Assembly: GCA_964483825.1 (NCBI GenBank)
Contig: CAZADD010000001.1
Span: 2,491-66,490 of the forward strand
Direction of reading: 5' to 3'
Length of the DNA: 64,000 nucleotides
Origin: an uncultured Oscillospiraceae bacterium
Lineage (GTDB): Bacteria; Bacillota; Clostridia; Christensenellales; CAG-314
Below, one piece after another: positions 9,237 through 17,758 of the stretch. The notes below the pieces were generated by a model. The model saw only the letters and a list, made by a program, of their open reading frames with translations, made no database searches and was not told the origin of the DNA. Position numbers and translations under genes: made by a program. Numbering within the stretch: the stretch's first letter is position 1; every line of letters starts with the position of its first letter.

Positions 9237-10574
9237 ATGAAAGAGAAAAAGAGTAGAAAAAAACTTTTTACCAATCTTGTTGACGTGTGCAAAAACGGCA
9301 ACAAAAACGTCGTTGTGTCTTCCATTGTTATGGGGGGGGGTCAATTGATGTACAAGCAATGGACAAAAGGAATTTTGCTGTTGCTCACGCAAATCGGCTT
9401 TGTTGCATTCTTTGCACTGTACGGTGCAAAAGCCATTGCCGGATTTTTCACTTTGGGCACGGTAGAGGCCAACCCGTGGTACGGCGTGGAGGGCGACAAC
9501 TCCGTCACCATGCTGATAATGGGCATTTTGGCATTTATAGTGCTAGCGGTGTACTTCGTGTTGTATTGGTACAACATCAAGGACGTTTTCAAAACTCAGC
9601 AGCGTGTGGAATCTTTCAAACAACCGCTCACCTTCAAAGAAGAACTCAACAGTTTGCTTGGTGCAAATTTCCACGTAACGGTGCTGTTTTTGCCCGTTTT
9701 GGGCGTGTGAGTATTTTGCGTGTTGCCCATCATTTTCATGATTTTGATAGCTTTCACCAACTACGGTGGCAATATCGTTCCGCCGGCGTTGGTAGAGTGG
9801 GTCGGGCTGGAAAACTTTGGCAAGGTTGTCACGCTTTCGCAGTTTGCCCCCACGTTTTTCAAAATTTTGCTGTGGAACTTTGTGTGGGCCATTGCGTCCA
9901 CCGCGTTGAACTACTTCGCCGGGCTGGGTTTGGCACTTATCTACAACAAAAAGTGCGTCAAGGGCAAGGCGTTTTGGAGGTTGTTCCCCATTCTTGCATA
10001 TGCAGTGCCGGGATTTATCACAATGTTGGCGTTCAAGTTCATGTTCTCCTACGGCGGCCCGATCAACCAACTGATAGTGAAGTACGGCGGCACAGCCGTC
10101 GGATTTTTGGATATCGATGCCAAGTGGCCTAGCAGAATAATCGGGTTGTTGGTGAATTGCTGGCTTAACGTTCCGTCCTCCATGCTGTTGGCAACGGGTA
10201 TACTTTCCAACATGAACAACGACTTGTACGAAGCGGCACGCATCGACGGTGCAAGCGAGTTCAAACAGTTCACAAAAATAACGTTGCCGTTCGTGCTGTT
10301 TGCAACGACGCCCGTGTTGATTTCTCAATTTATCGCAAACTTCAACAACTTCGGCGTGTTCTACTTCTTGCGTGGCGGCTTGTACACCGACGGTTACTTC
10401 TTGGCAAGCGATACCGATTTGCTTATCAACTGGTTGTATAACCTTTCCATCGATAACAACTACTACTCGATCGGCGCAACCATCAGCATTATAATATTTG
10501 TTATAACGTCGGTTGTTTCGTTGATTGTGTACATGCGCAGCCCCAGTTACAAACAGGAGGATACTTTCAAATGA
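9237..10574 (+). pseudogene. MalF-like sugar ABC permease interrupted by an in-frame TGA at 9708-9710 (codon 158)
   Basis: ORFs 9183-9710 and 9720-10574 share one frame: FLPVLGV*VFCVLPIIFMILIAFTNY. MalF-type MGGGQL N-extension and EAA motif DLYEAARIDGA. Confidence 0.8.
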
Positions 10575-11410
10575 GAAAAAGTGCAAAAAAGAAACGTATT
10601 GTTTCCGCAGCGTTTACCTATTTGATAATTTTGATAGTAAGTTTTGTGTTCTTGTTTCCCATTTTGTGGCTGACGTTGGCAAGTTTTTCAAAATCGGGCT
10701 CAATCTATGCCTTCGACGGATTTTTTCCGACGGAATACAGTTTTGCCAGTTTCAAAAAACTGTTCACCGATACGGAACTGTATAACTATCCCAGATGGTT
10801 TTTGAACACGCTGTTCGTTTCGGTGATGTCCGCTTTGATTGGCACGTTGCTTACAATTTTGACGGCGTACTGCATGTCCCGTTTCCGCTTCAAAAGCAGA
10901 AAGGCCTTGATGAAAATAACCCTTGTTTTGGGCATGTTCCCTTCGTTTATGACAATGACTGCCGTCTACATAATGATGACGCAATTCAACCTTATAAACC
11001 AACATTGGGGCTTGATTTTGATTTATTCGGCCGGTGCGCCCATGGGCTACATGACGCAAAAGGGATTTTTCGACACCATTCCCAATTCCATCGACGAAGC
11101 GGCAAGAATGGACGGCGCAAACAATGCGCAAGTGTTTTTCCACATAACGTTGCCGTTGGCAAAGCCGATGATAGTGTACACGTTGCTGTCGCAGTTTGTT
11201 TGGCCGTGGAGCGACTTCATTTTGCCAAAACTGTTGCTGAAAGAAAAGGATTTGTACACCGTCGCGGTGGGTCTTATGACGCTTGGCGAAACGGAATTTT
11301 CCCGTTTTGCAGCCGGTTCTATTTTCATCGGAATTCCTATCATAGTGTTGTATTTCTTGCTTTCAAAGTTCCTTGTTTCAGGACTTTCCGCAGGAGCAGT
11401 TAAGGAATAA
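10571..11410 (+). CDS. MalG-like sugar ABC permease
   Basis: ATGA overlap, AGGAGG RBS, FDTIPNSIDEAARMDGA EAA motif, C-terminal GLSAGAVKE. Confidence 0.92.
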   Translation: MRKSAKKKRIVSAAFTYLIILIVSFVFLFPILWLTLASFSKSGSIYAFDGFFPTEYSFASFKKLFTDTELYNYPRWFLNTLFVSVMSALIGTLLTILTAYCMSRFRFKSRKALMKITLVLGMFPSFMTMTAVYIMMTQFNLINQHWGLILIYSAGAPMGYMTQKGFFDTIPNSIDEAARMDGANNAQVFFHITLPLAKPMIVYTLLSQFVWPWSDFILPKLLLKEKDLYTVAVGLMTLGETEFSRFAAGSIFIGIPIIVLYFLLSKFLVSGLSAGAVKE

Positions 11411-11474
11411 TTTGTCAAGCAGTTGCGTCATGTTTCGTTTTTCCTTTGTTGAAAATTGATGTGAAATTGCAAAC

Positions 11475-11515
11475 AATACAAAAGCACCGCAAAATTTTTG
11501 CGGTGCTTTTGTATT
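11475..11515 (+). terminator. Intrinsic terminator of the mal operon
   Basis: Long stem AATACAAAAGCACCGCAAAA / TTTTGCGGTGCTTTTGTATT. Confidence 0.85.
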
Positions 11516-11598
11516 TGAAGAATTTGTGTAAGGTGCGGTAATAGAGAGAAAAATTTCAGTTTTGCCATTTAATTTTCGCTAATGCAGCCTAGCGTACT

Positions 11599-12198
11599 CA
11601 CTTTTCACTCGTGTGACTTGTTGGCTCGCCCTCTCAGTCGGCGGAGCCGACTGAGAGGGTTAAATGTGTAACATTAAAAACGGCTCCTTTGTGTAAAGGG
11701 CGCGGGCACGGCTTTGCCGTGACTGAGGGATTGTAAGCGACTTCGTCGCCAGAGAAAAGAAAAGGATGGTTTTTTGAAATTTGAATAGTTGTTTTTGATA
11801 AATAGGCTAGCAAAAAAGGTTTTGTTTGTCCATTTTTACTAAAGTCACCTCAACTTTTCACTTTTCACTCGGCAACGCAGTTGCCGTTTGGCTCTCACTT
11901 TGGGAGAGCTGTCGGAGTGCCTGAGAGGGTTAAAAACGCAACCTTAAACAAGGCTTTTTTGTGTAAAGGAAGCTGGGCGGGTTACAATTTGAAGTGCAAC
12001 ACCCTGCAAAAAAAGACAAATTGCAAGTCTTAGTGAAAAATGTAATTTGCAGAAAACAAAAATACACGGATGTCAGCAAGTTGTTGCTGTTGTCACGTAT
12101 TTTGAATGGTGACATTAAAAGAAAAAAGGTGTTTTACTGACGTAACCACACCTTTTCACTCTTCACTATTCACTTTTCACTCGGCAACGCAGTTGCCG
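11599..12198. repeat. Cluster of REP-like short palindromic repeats and TTTTCAC heptamers
   Basis: CACTTTTCACTC at ~11599, 11859 and 12171. CGGCAACGCAGTTGCCG twice. Perfect 14-bp stem CCCTCTCAGTCGGC-gga-GCCGACTGAGAGGG (11629-11659). CTGAGAGGGTTAAA and TTTGTGTAAAGG each occur twice. Confidence 0.7.
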
Positions 12199-12203
12199 CT
12201 ATC

Positions 12204-12839
12204 CTACGGCCGCACGGCTTTTTGCAGCACTTTGACAGTGGCTTTCAAACAACCTGTCATCATCACGTCGTAGGGGTACACAATCAGTTGCATTGCGGCA
12301 AACACAAGCCAAAACCATTTTGAGCCGATAATCGTTTCGAACACCGTCGGCGTGAACAGGTACGTTGCAAGCAACGTTAGCGCTATGCCGCATTCCAACA
12401 AAACGTAGTACAAAATCCATTTCACGGCGGTGGGCAGTTTTGGTTTTGCATCCACTTTCACGGAAACTATTTTTTTGTCGTCGCCGTTACCAAACGGATC
12501 TTCCAAAACTTCTTCTTGGGCAACGTTGGCAGTCACGGTAACCGTTTCGCCGCACACTTTCACTATTGCAAAGGGTATGCAAAACGCAATTATCGGTGCC
12601 ACGCACACGATGTTGGACATTCCCAAAAAAACGCCCAAAACACTGCCGGCAACGTACACCAGCAAGGTGAACACCAAGTTTTTGGGGTTGAGCATAAGCG
12701 GGATAACCGTTGCAACGGAAGCGATAACGCCTAAGATAAGGCAAACCCACTTTGTGCCCGGCAACGCTGCCAAGGCGAAGCACGCCAACACTGCTGCGGC
12801 GCACAGCCCGGAAACGGCCACAGACTTTGCTTTGTTCAC
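12204..12839 (-). CDS. Hypothetical integral membrane protein
   Basis: About 6 hydrophobic helices. GTG start overlaps the TAG of the J-domain gene (TAGTG). 211 aa. Confidence 0.8.
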   Translation of the reverse strand: MNKAKSVAVSGLCAAAVLACFALAALPGTKWVCLILGVIASVATVIPLMLNPKNLVFTLLVYVAGSVLGVFLGMSNIVCVAPIIAFCIPFAIVKVCGETVTVTANVAQEEVLEDPFGNGDDKKIVSVKVDAKPKLPTAVKWILYYVLLECGIALTLLATYLFTPTVFETIIGSKWFWLVFAAMQLIVYPYDVMMTGCLKATVKVLQKAVRP

Positions 12840-13468
12840 TAGCAACCACCGCCCATGCATTGTGCGCAGTTGCAACAAGCGTTGCAAAGCAAGCAGTCTC
12901 CGCAAGAACTACCCGTGCAAGTTCCGTTACCTGCACCGATTTGCGGGCCGTTATCCACAGGACGGGAAGTGGTGCGCATTTGATCGGGACTGATCGTGTT
13001 GGATGCCAAAATTTTTGTCAATTTTTCCAAACTTTGTTTGTATCTGGCGTTATCCGGTTCCATTTGGCAAGCCAATTCCAGTTGTTTTTTGCTTTCCAAA
13101 AACCAATTTCTTTTGTAGAACAAAATGGATTGCACGTAGTGCCATTCCGCATCGCGAGTGGCGCGCGAATCTAGCTTTGTTTGCGCTTCGTCCAATTTGT
13201 TGGATTTTATCAAATCTTGAATTTCCGTGTAGTCGTCTTCTTGAGCAAAACTTTCCGTTTGGTTTTGTTCTTCCAACAGCGACAAAATGTCACGGTAGGC
13301 AACTTCCAACTGTTGCAATTTTTCCGACGCTTCTTCCCCTTCTTCACCGGGCAAAAATCTGCTTTGCTGATACTTTGAGCGCAGTTCTTTGTACTTTGCG
13401 TCAATTTCTTCACGGGTGGCACTTGTTGCCAAGCCCAAAATTTCATATGCGTTGTAGTTGTAGTCCAT
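12839..13468 (-). CDS. J-domain (DnaJ-like) / TPR protein with a Cys-rich C-terminal tail
   Basis: NAYEILGLATSATREEIDAKYKELRSKY..LQQLEVAY J-like helices, with HPD replaced by QQS. TPR-like DAEWHYVQS..ACQMEPDNARY. Tail CTGSSCGDCLLCNACCNCAQCMGGGC. GGAG RBS before ATG 13468. Confidence 0.8.
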   Translation of the reverse strand: MDYNYNAYEILGLATSATREEIDAKYKELRSKYQQSRFLPGEEGEEASEKLQQLEVAYRDILSLLEEQNQTESFAQEDDYTEIQDLIKSNKLDEAQTKLDSRATRDAEWHYVQSILFYKRNWFLESKKQLELACQMEPDNARYKQSLEKLTKILASNTISPDQMRTTSRPVDNGPQIGAGNGTCTGSSCGDCLLCNACCNCAQCMGGGC

Positions 13469-13488
13469 GTTGTGTTTATGTTCTCCGC

Positions 13489-14328
13489 TTACGATAATTT
13501 TTTCAATACGTCCGCCGTTTTTTCGCGAATGCTGCAAAACAGCACGTTGTTCAACACGCAAGTGTATTTTGAAAGGTTCAAATCGTTGAAACTTTGTGCA
13601 ATTCTGTTCAAAACGGCATACATCAAAAAGGAAATTTCTTCTTTGAACTTGCCCAAATCGGCAACGGAATTGGCGTTGTAACAACTCACGAACGGGTTGT
13701 AGTTTTTTTGTTTCAAGTCTTTTTCCGCATCGTCCAATGCGTCGATAAGATAAATCCATTTGCCAACGTTGTAGCATAGCGTTTCAGCAAATTCGTCCGA
13801 CCGCCCTAACACCGTTTTGCAAAATTCTTGCGACAGTGTGGCGAACGAATGTGCAACGATATCCAAACTTTTGCAATTGCTTTTTTCTAGCTCACGAAGT
13901 TGTTCGTACTTTTGGCAAATAATGCCGTCCAGTTCCGGCCATTGTTGCTGCGCCTTGCGGTAGGATTTTTTGTAGAGGGACAGTGCCGCCTTTTTCTTTG
14001 CGCTGCCGCCGTCAATCACGTCGTCGTAAATGTTCAAATATGTCAAAATGACGTTTCCGATGGCGATTTTGTCCGTTAGTGGCGTAGGTTTCAGCACTGA
14101 ACGCTTTTTAATCGGGTGAGAAAAACAGCGAGATTGTTCGGGGGTTACATCCACGTTTTCTATGCTGTGAAACAGCACGTTGAAAAAGTTAATGTCGTTG
14201 GAAATAAACATTCGGGGTGCGTTGCCGAAAAGTTTTTTTGTGGAAAAGCACAGTCCGCACATGAACGTTTGCCACAATCCACGTTGACCGTCTTCCAAAC
14301 TTTTCGTAACGTCCACGTATCCGAACAT
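13489..14328 (-). CDS. DUF5685-like conserved hypothetical protein
   Basis: MFGYV..CGLC..RCFSHP..DDVID..GKWIYLIDALDDAEKD..YNPF pattern typical of this Clostridial family, in its usual position upstream of a J-domain gene. Confidence 0.75.
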   Translation of the reverse strand: MFGYVDVTKSLEDGQRGLWQTFMCGLCFSTKKLFGNAPRMFISNDINFFNVLFHSIENVDVTPEQSRCFSHPIKKRSVLKPTPLTDKIAIGNVILTYLNIYDDVIDGGSAKKKAALSLYKKSYRKAQQQWPELDGIICQKYEQLRELEKSNCKSLDIVAHSFATLSQEFCKTVLGRSDEFAETLCYNVGKWIYLIDALDDAEKDLKQKNYNPFVSCYNANSVADLGKFKEEISFLMYAVLNRIAQSFNDLNLSKYTCVLNNVLFCSIREKTADVLKKLS

Positions 14329-14349
14329 ACTTTTTCTCCGTTTTTCTTG

Positions 14350-15357
14350 TTATCTAATTTTGGGCACCAAACCCACCTTGCGATACACTTTCGATAATGT
14401 TTTTGCGGCAATTCTCGATGCGTCTTCCGCGCCTTGTTTCAGCACGCTTTCCAAGTAGCCACGGTCCGCAAGCAATTCCTTTTGTTTGCGTTGAATAGGC
14501 TCTACGGTGGCAATGACGGCATCAGCAACGGCATCTTTGAAAATTCCGTAGCCGCAGCCTGCAAAACGATTTTCCGCATCGGCAATGCTTTCGCCGGAAG
14601 TGAGGCTGTAGATGGTCAACAAGTTGGAAACGGCAGGTTTTTCTTCGCTCATGCGCACTTCTGTGTCGCAATCGGTAACGGCACGGCGCAATTTGCGGCG
14701 AATGGTGTCGGCATCGTCCGTCAGTGCGATGAATGCGTTTTCGTTTGGATCGGACTTGGACATTTTTGCCGACGGGTCTTGCAAACTCTTTATGCTTTTG
14801 CCGGCTTTGGGCAAAAATCCTTCGGGCACGACGAATGTGGGCGAATATCTGCTGTTGAAGCGTTCCGCAAGGTTGCGTGCTAGCTCCAAGTGTTGCACTT
14901 GATCCTTTCCAATTGGAACAAGGTCAGTTTGATACAGCAAAATGTCGCTTGCCATAAGAACAGGGTAGTTCATCAGTCCCATGTTTATATTATCGGCGTG
15001 TTTCCTTGATTTTTCCTTAAATTGCGTCATACGATTCATTTCGCCGACGTAAGTGACGGTATCCAATATCCAAGCCAGTTCTGCGTGTTCGTGAACGTGC
15101 GATTGAATGAACAGCGTGCTCTTTTGGGGATCTATTCCGCAAGCAATGTACAGTGCAAGCAAATCCATTGTGTTTTTGCGAAGTTCGGCAGGAATTTGCG
15201 TTACCGTTAGCGAATGCAAATCCACAACGCAGTAGATGCAGTTGTATTCTTCTTGCAAAGGCGCCCAGTTTTTGATGGCACCCAAGTAGTTGCCCAAAGT
15301 TATTCTGCCTGTGGGTTGCACGCCCGAAAACACCGTTTTTCTTGTTGCTTCTTCCAT
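14350..15357 (-). CDS. trpS: Tryptophan--tRNA ligase
   Basis: FSGVQPTGRITLGNYLGA, VVDLHS, YPVLMASDILLY, GKDQVQHLEL, KMSKS. Confidence 0.97.
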   Translation of the reverse strand: MEEATRKTVFSGVQPTGRITLGNYLGAIKNWAPLQEEYNCIYCVVDLHSLTVTQIPAELRKNTMDLLALYIACGIDPQKSTLFIQSHVHEHAELAWILDTVTYVGEMNRMTQFKEKSRKHADNINMGLMNYPVLMASDILLYQTDLVPIGKDQVQHLELARNLAERFNSRYSPTFVVPEGFLPKAGKSIKSLQDPSAKMSKSDPNENAFIALTDDADTIRRKLRRAVTDCDTEVRMSEEKPAVSNLLTIYSLTSGESIADAENRFAGCGYGIFKDAVADAVIATVEPIQRKQKELLADRGYLESVLKQGAEDASRIAAKTLSKVYRKVGLVPKIR

Positions 15358-15411
15358 GATTTTACCTCAACGAAGTGACGTTATGCAAAAAAACGCCACG
15401 CATTTTTCAAA

Positions 15412-15440
15412 ATTATACCACCGTATGCCTTTTGTGTCAA
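15412..15440 (-). promoter_or_regulatory. trpS sigma-A promoter with extended -10
   Basis: - strand TTGACA (15440-15435), 17 bp, TG-n-TATAAT (15417-15412). Confidence 0.85.
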
Positions 15441-15521
15441 ACCCAACACGCCCAAACACCAAAAACAACGGCGTGAATGTTGTACAAGATGCACTGTGTG
15501 AGTGAAAATTATCGCAAGCCC

Positions 15522-15550
15522 TTGACGCAACGCACAAAAACTTGTAAAAT
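15522..15550 (+). promoter_or_regulatory. aro operon promoter
   Basis: TTGACG (15522-15527), 17 bp, TAAAAT (15545-15550). Confidence 0.7.
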
Positions 15551-15720
15551 TACAGTGTATGGATAATGCAAAGTTTTTGCGTTTGCATGCGGCAAACGGT
15601 GCTTCGTTTTGTTGGTTCGAAATGAAAATACACGTTTTTATCGGAAGGGACAAGACATCTCACTGTTGATGCCGAAAAAGCACGCGGTACGTTTGCAAGC
15701 AACTTTGCAATGGAGGAAAA

Positions 15721-16743
15721 ATGATTATCGTCGTCAAAAAACAAGGTGAAGAAAAACGTTTGAACGATTTGACGGATTGGATACGCAACCACGGTGCGGA
15801 AGTAAACGTCGTGCACGGCGAGCGGTCGTCGGTAGTGGAAGTGTTCGGCAACGAATCGTGCTTGGACGTGGACTATTTGCGCACTTTGGATTTTGTGGAA
15901 AACATTGTCGGTGCGGAAGAAAATACCCCCTACAAGAAGGTGGGACGCAAATTTCACCGTGAAAACACAATTGTGAACGTTGGCGGAAGGTTGTTCGGCG
16001 GCGACGGTTTTCAAATAATTGCAGGTCCTTGCGCCGTGGAAAGCGAACGGCAGATAATCGAGGCGGCAATCGCCGTTAAGAATTGCGGTGCCACGTTGTT
16101 GCGTGGCGGAGCGTTCAAACCGAGAACGTCGCCCTACTCTTTTCAAGGCTTGCACGAAGACGGTTTGAAAATGCTGTTAAAGGCAAAACAAGAAACGGGG
16201 CTGCCGGTGGTTTCGGAAATAACAGGCGTGAAACAGTTGGATTCGTTTGCCGATGTGGATTTGTTACAGATAGGCGCACGCAACATGCAAAATTTCGAAC
16301 TGTTGAAAGAAGTTGGAAAAACGGGAAAACCGGTGCTGTTGAAGCGTGGATTTGCCAACACTGTGGAAGAATGGCTGTTGAGTGCCGAATATTTGATGAA
16401 CGAAGGACTGCCACAAATAATTTTGTGTGAGCGTGGAATTCGCACTTTCGAGCGGTACACTAGAAACACGTTGGACGTTTCGGCAATAGCATTGTTAAAG
16501 CAAATAACCCATTTGCCTGTTATCGCCGATCCCAGTCACGCTTCGGGAAATGCCGAACTGGTCGGGCCGTTATCGCTTGCGGCAACTGCGGCAGGTGCCG
16601 ACGGATTGATTGTGGAAGCTCATTGCCAGCCGCAAGACGCCGTTTCGGACGGAGCGCAGTCGTTGCGTCCGTCGGCACTTTCGGGCGTTATCGAAAAAGT
16701 AAAACAAGTGTTGCCGGTGGTGGGAAAACACTACGGCAACTAG
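15721..16743 (+). CDS. aroF: DAHP synthase, type I-beta with N-terminal regulatory domain
   Basis: IAGPCAVES, RGGAFKPRTSPYSFQG, QIGARNMQNF, LCERGIRTF, DPSH. GGAGG RBS. Confidence 0.95.
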   Translation: MIIVVKKQGEEKRLNDLTDWIRNHGAEVNVVHGERSSVVEVFGNESCLDVDYLRTLDFVENIVGAEENTPYKKVGRKFHRENTIVNVGGRLFGGDGFQIIAGPCAVESERQIIEAAIAVKNCGATLLRGGAFKPRTSPYSFQGLHEDGLKMLLKAKQETGLPVVSEITGVKQLDSFADVDLLQIGARNMQNFELLKEVGKTGKPVLLKRGFANTVEEWLLSAEYLMNEGLPQIILCERGIRTFERYTRNTLDVSAIALLKQITHLPVIADPSHASGNAELVGPLSLAATAAGADGLIVEAHCQPQDAVSDGAQSLRPSALSGVIEKVKQVLPVVGKHYGN

Positions 16744-16765
16744 CGGAAAAATAACGGAGGATACA

Positions 16766-17758
16766 ATGGTTTCTTGGAAGGTGAACGTGCCCAAAAGTTA
16801 CTGCGTTACGGTGGACGGAACGTGGGATTTTTCGTGCATTGAAAACCCCAAAGTGTGCGTCGTAACCGACGATGTCGTTGCGCCGTTGTATCTTGGAACG
16901 GTGGAAAAAGGCATCCGTGCGGAAGTTTGTTCGTTTGTGGTGCCTAGCGGAGAAAAAAGCAAAAGTTTGTCGCAGTATGCTGCATTGACGGAATTTCTGG
17001 CAAAACACAATTTCACTCGCAAAGATGCGCTCGTTGCGTTGGGTGGCGGTGTTGTGGGGGATTTGACGGGGTTCGTTGCATCCACCTATCAGCGTGGAAT
17101 AGATTTTTATCAGTTGCCCACAACCTTGCTTGCCATGGTAGATGCGTCCGTCGGCGGAAAAACTGCGTTGAATTTGCCACAAGGCAAAAACCTTGTCGGC
17201 ACTTTTTATCAACCAAAAGCCGTGTTGGTTAACGTTGACGCATTACACACGTTGCCGTCGGAACAAATGCACAACGGATGGGGCGAAGTGCAGAAATATG
17301 CACTGCTTTCTACCCAAATTGCAAGTTTAATTGACGGTTGCGACAATTTCAAACTTATTGAAGCGTGTTTGCGGTTCAAAACGGAGATTGTGGAAAAGGA
17401 CGAATGCGAACATGGTTGCCGAATGCTTCTTAATTTGGGACATACCGTCGGACACGCACTGGAAGCACTTTCCGGATACACTTTGTCACACGGAGAATGT
17501 GTGGCCAAAGGGCTTGTTCAAACACTGGAAATTTCAAAAAAATACTACTCGTTGTCGGATGAAGTTGTGGAGCGTTGCAAAAAGTTGCTGGGCAATTTTG
17601 CTGGCGATGCTTTGCCTTTTTCTTCACGGGAAATTTTTGCGCAGATAAAACACGACAAAAAATCTTTCGGCGATGGATTGAATTTCGTCATGATACACGA
17701 CGTGGGCGATTGTCGGATGGAAAAAATATCCTTCGACGAATTGGAAAAACTACTATGA
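16766..17758 (+). CDS. aroB: 3-dehydroquinate synthase
   Basis: GEKSKS, GGGVVGDLTGF, PTTLLAMVDASVGGKT, KNLVGTFYQP, LNLGHTVGHA, HGECVA. Confidence 0.95.
   Translation: MVSWKVNVPKSYCVTVDGTWDFSCIENPKVCVVTDDVVAPLYLGTVEKGIRAEVCSFVVPSGEKSKSLSQYAALTEFLAKHNFTRKDALVALGGGVVGDLTGFVASTYQRGIDFYQLPTTLLAMVDASVGGKTALNLPQGKNLVGTFYQPKAVLVNVDALHTLPSEQMHNGWGEVQKYALLSTQIASLIDGCDNFKLIEACLRFKTEIVEKDECEHGCRMLLNLGHTVGHALEALSGYTLSHGECVAKGLVQTLEISKKYYSLSDEVVERCKKLLGNFAGDALPFSSREIFAQIKHDKKSFGDGLNFVMIHDVGDCRMEKISFDELEKLL

Noticed and set aside
9708-9760. Selenocysteine or genetic code 4/25 reading of the malF TGA
   Set aside because: No SECIS-like hairpin follows, the site is in a TM helix, and TGA terminates several clearly complete genes here.
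11599-12198. CRISPR array
   Set aside because: Repeats are irregularly spaced, heterogeneous and without uniform spacers; no cas genes nearby.
15551-15720. T-box riboswitch before aroF
   Set aside because: No T-box consensus and no terminator/antiterminator with a U-tract visible.
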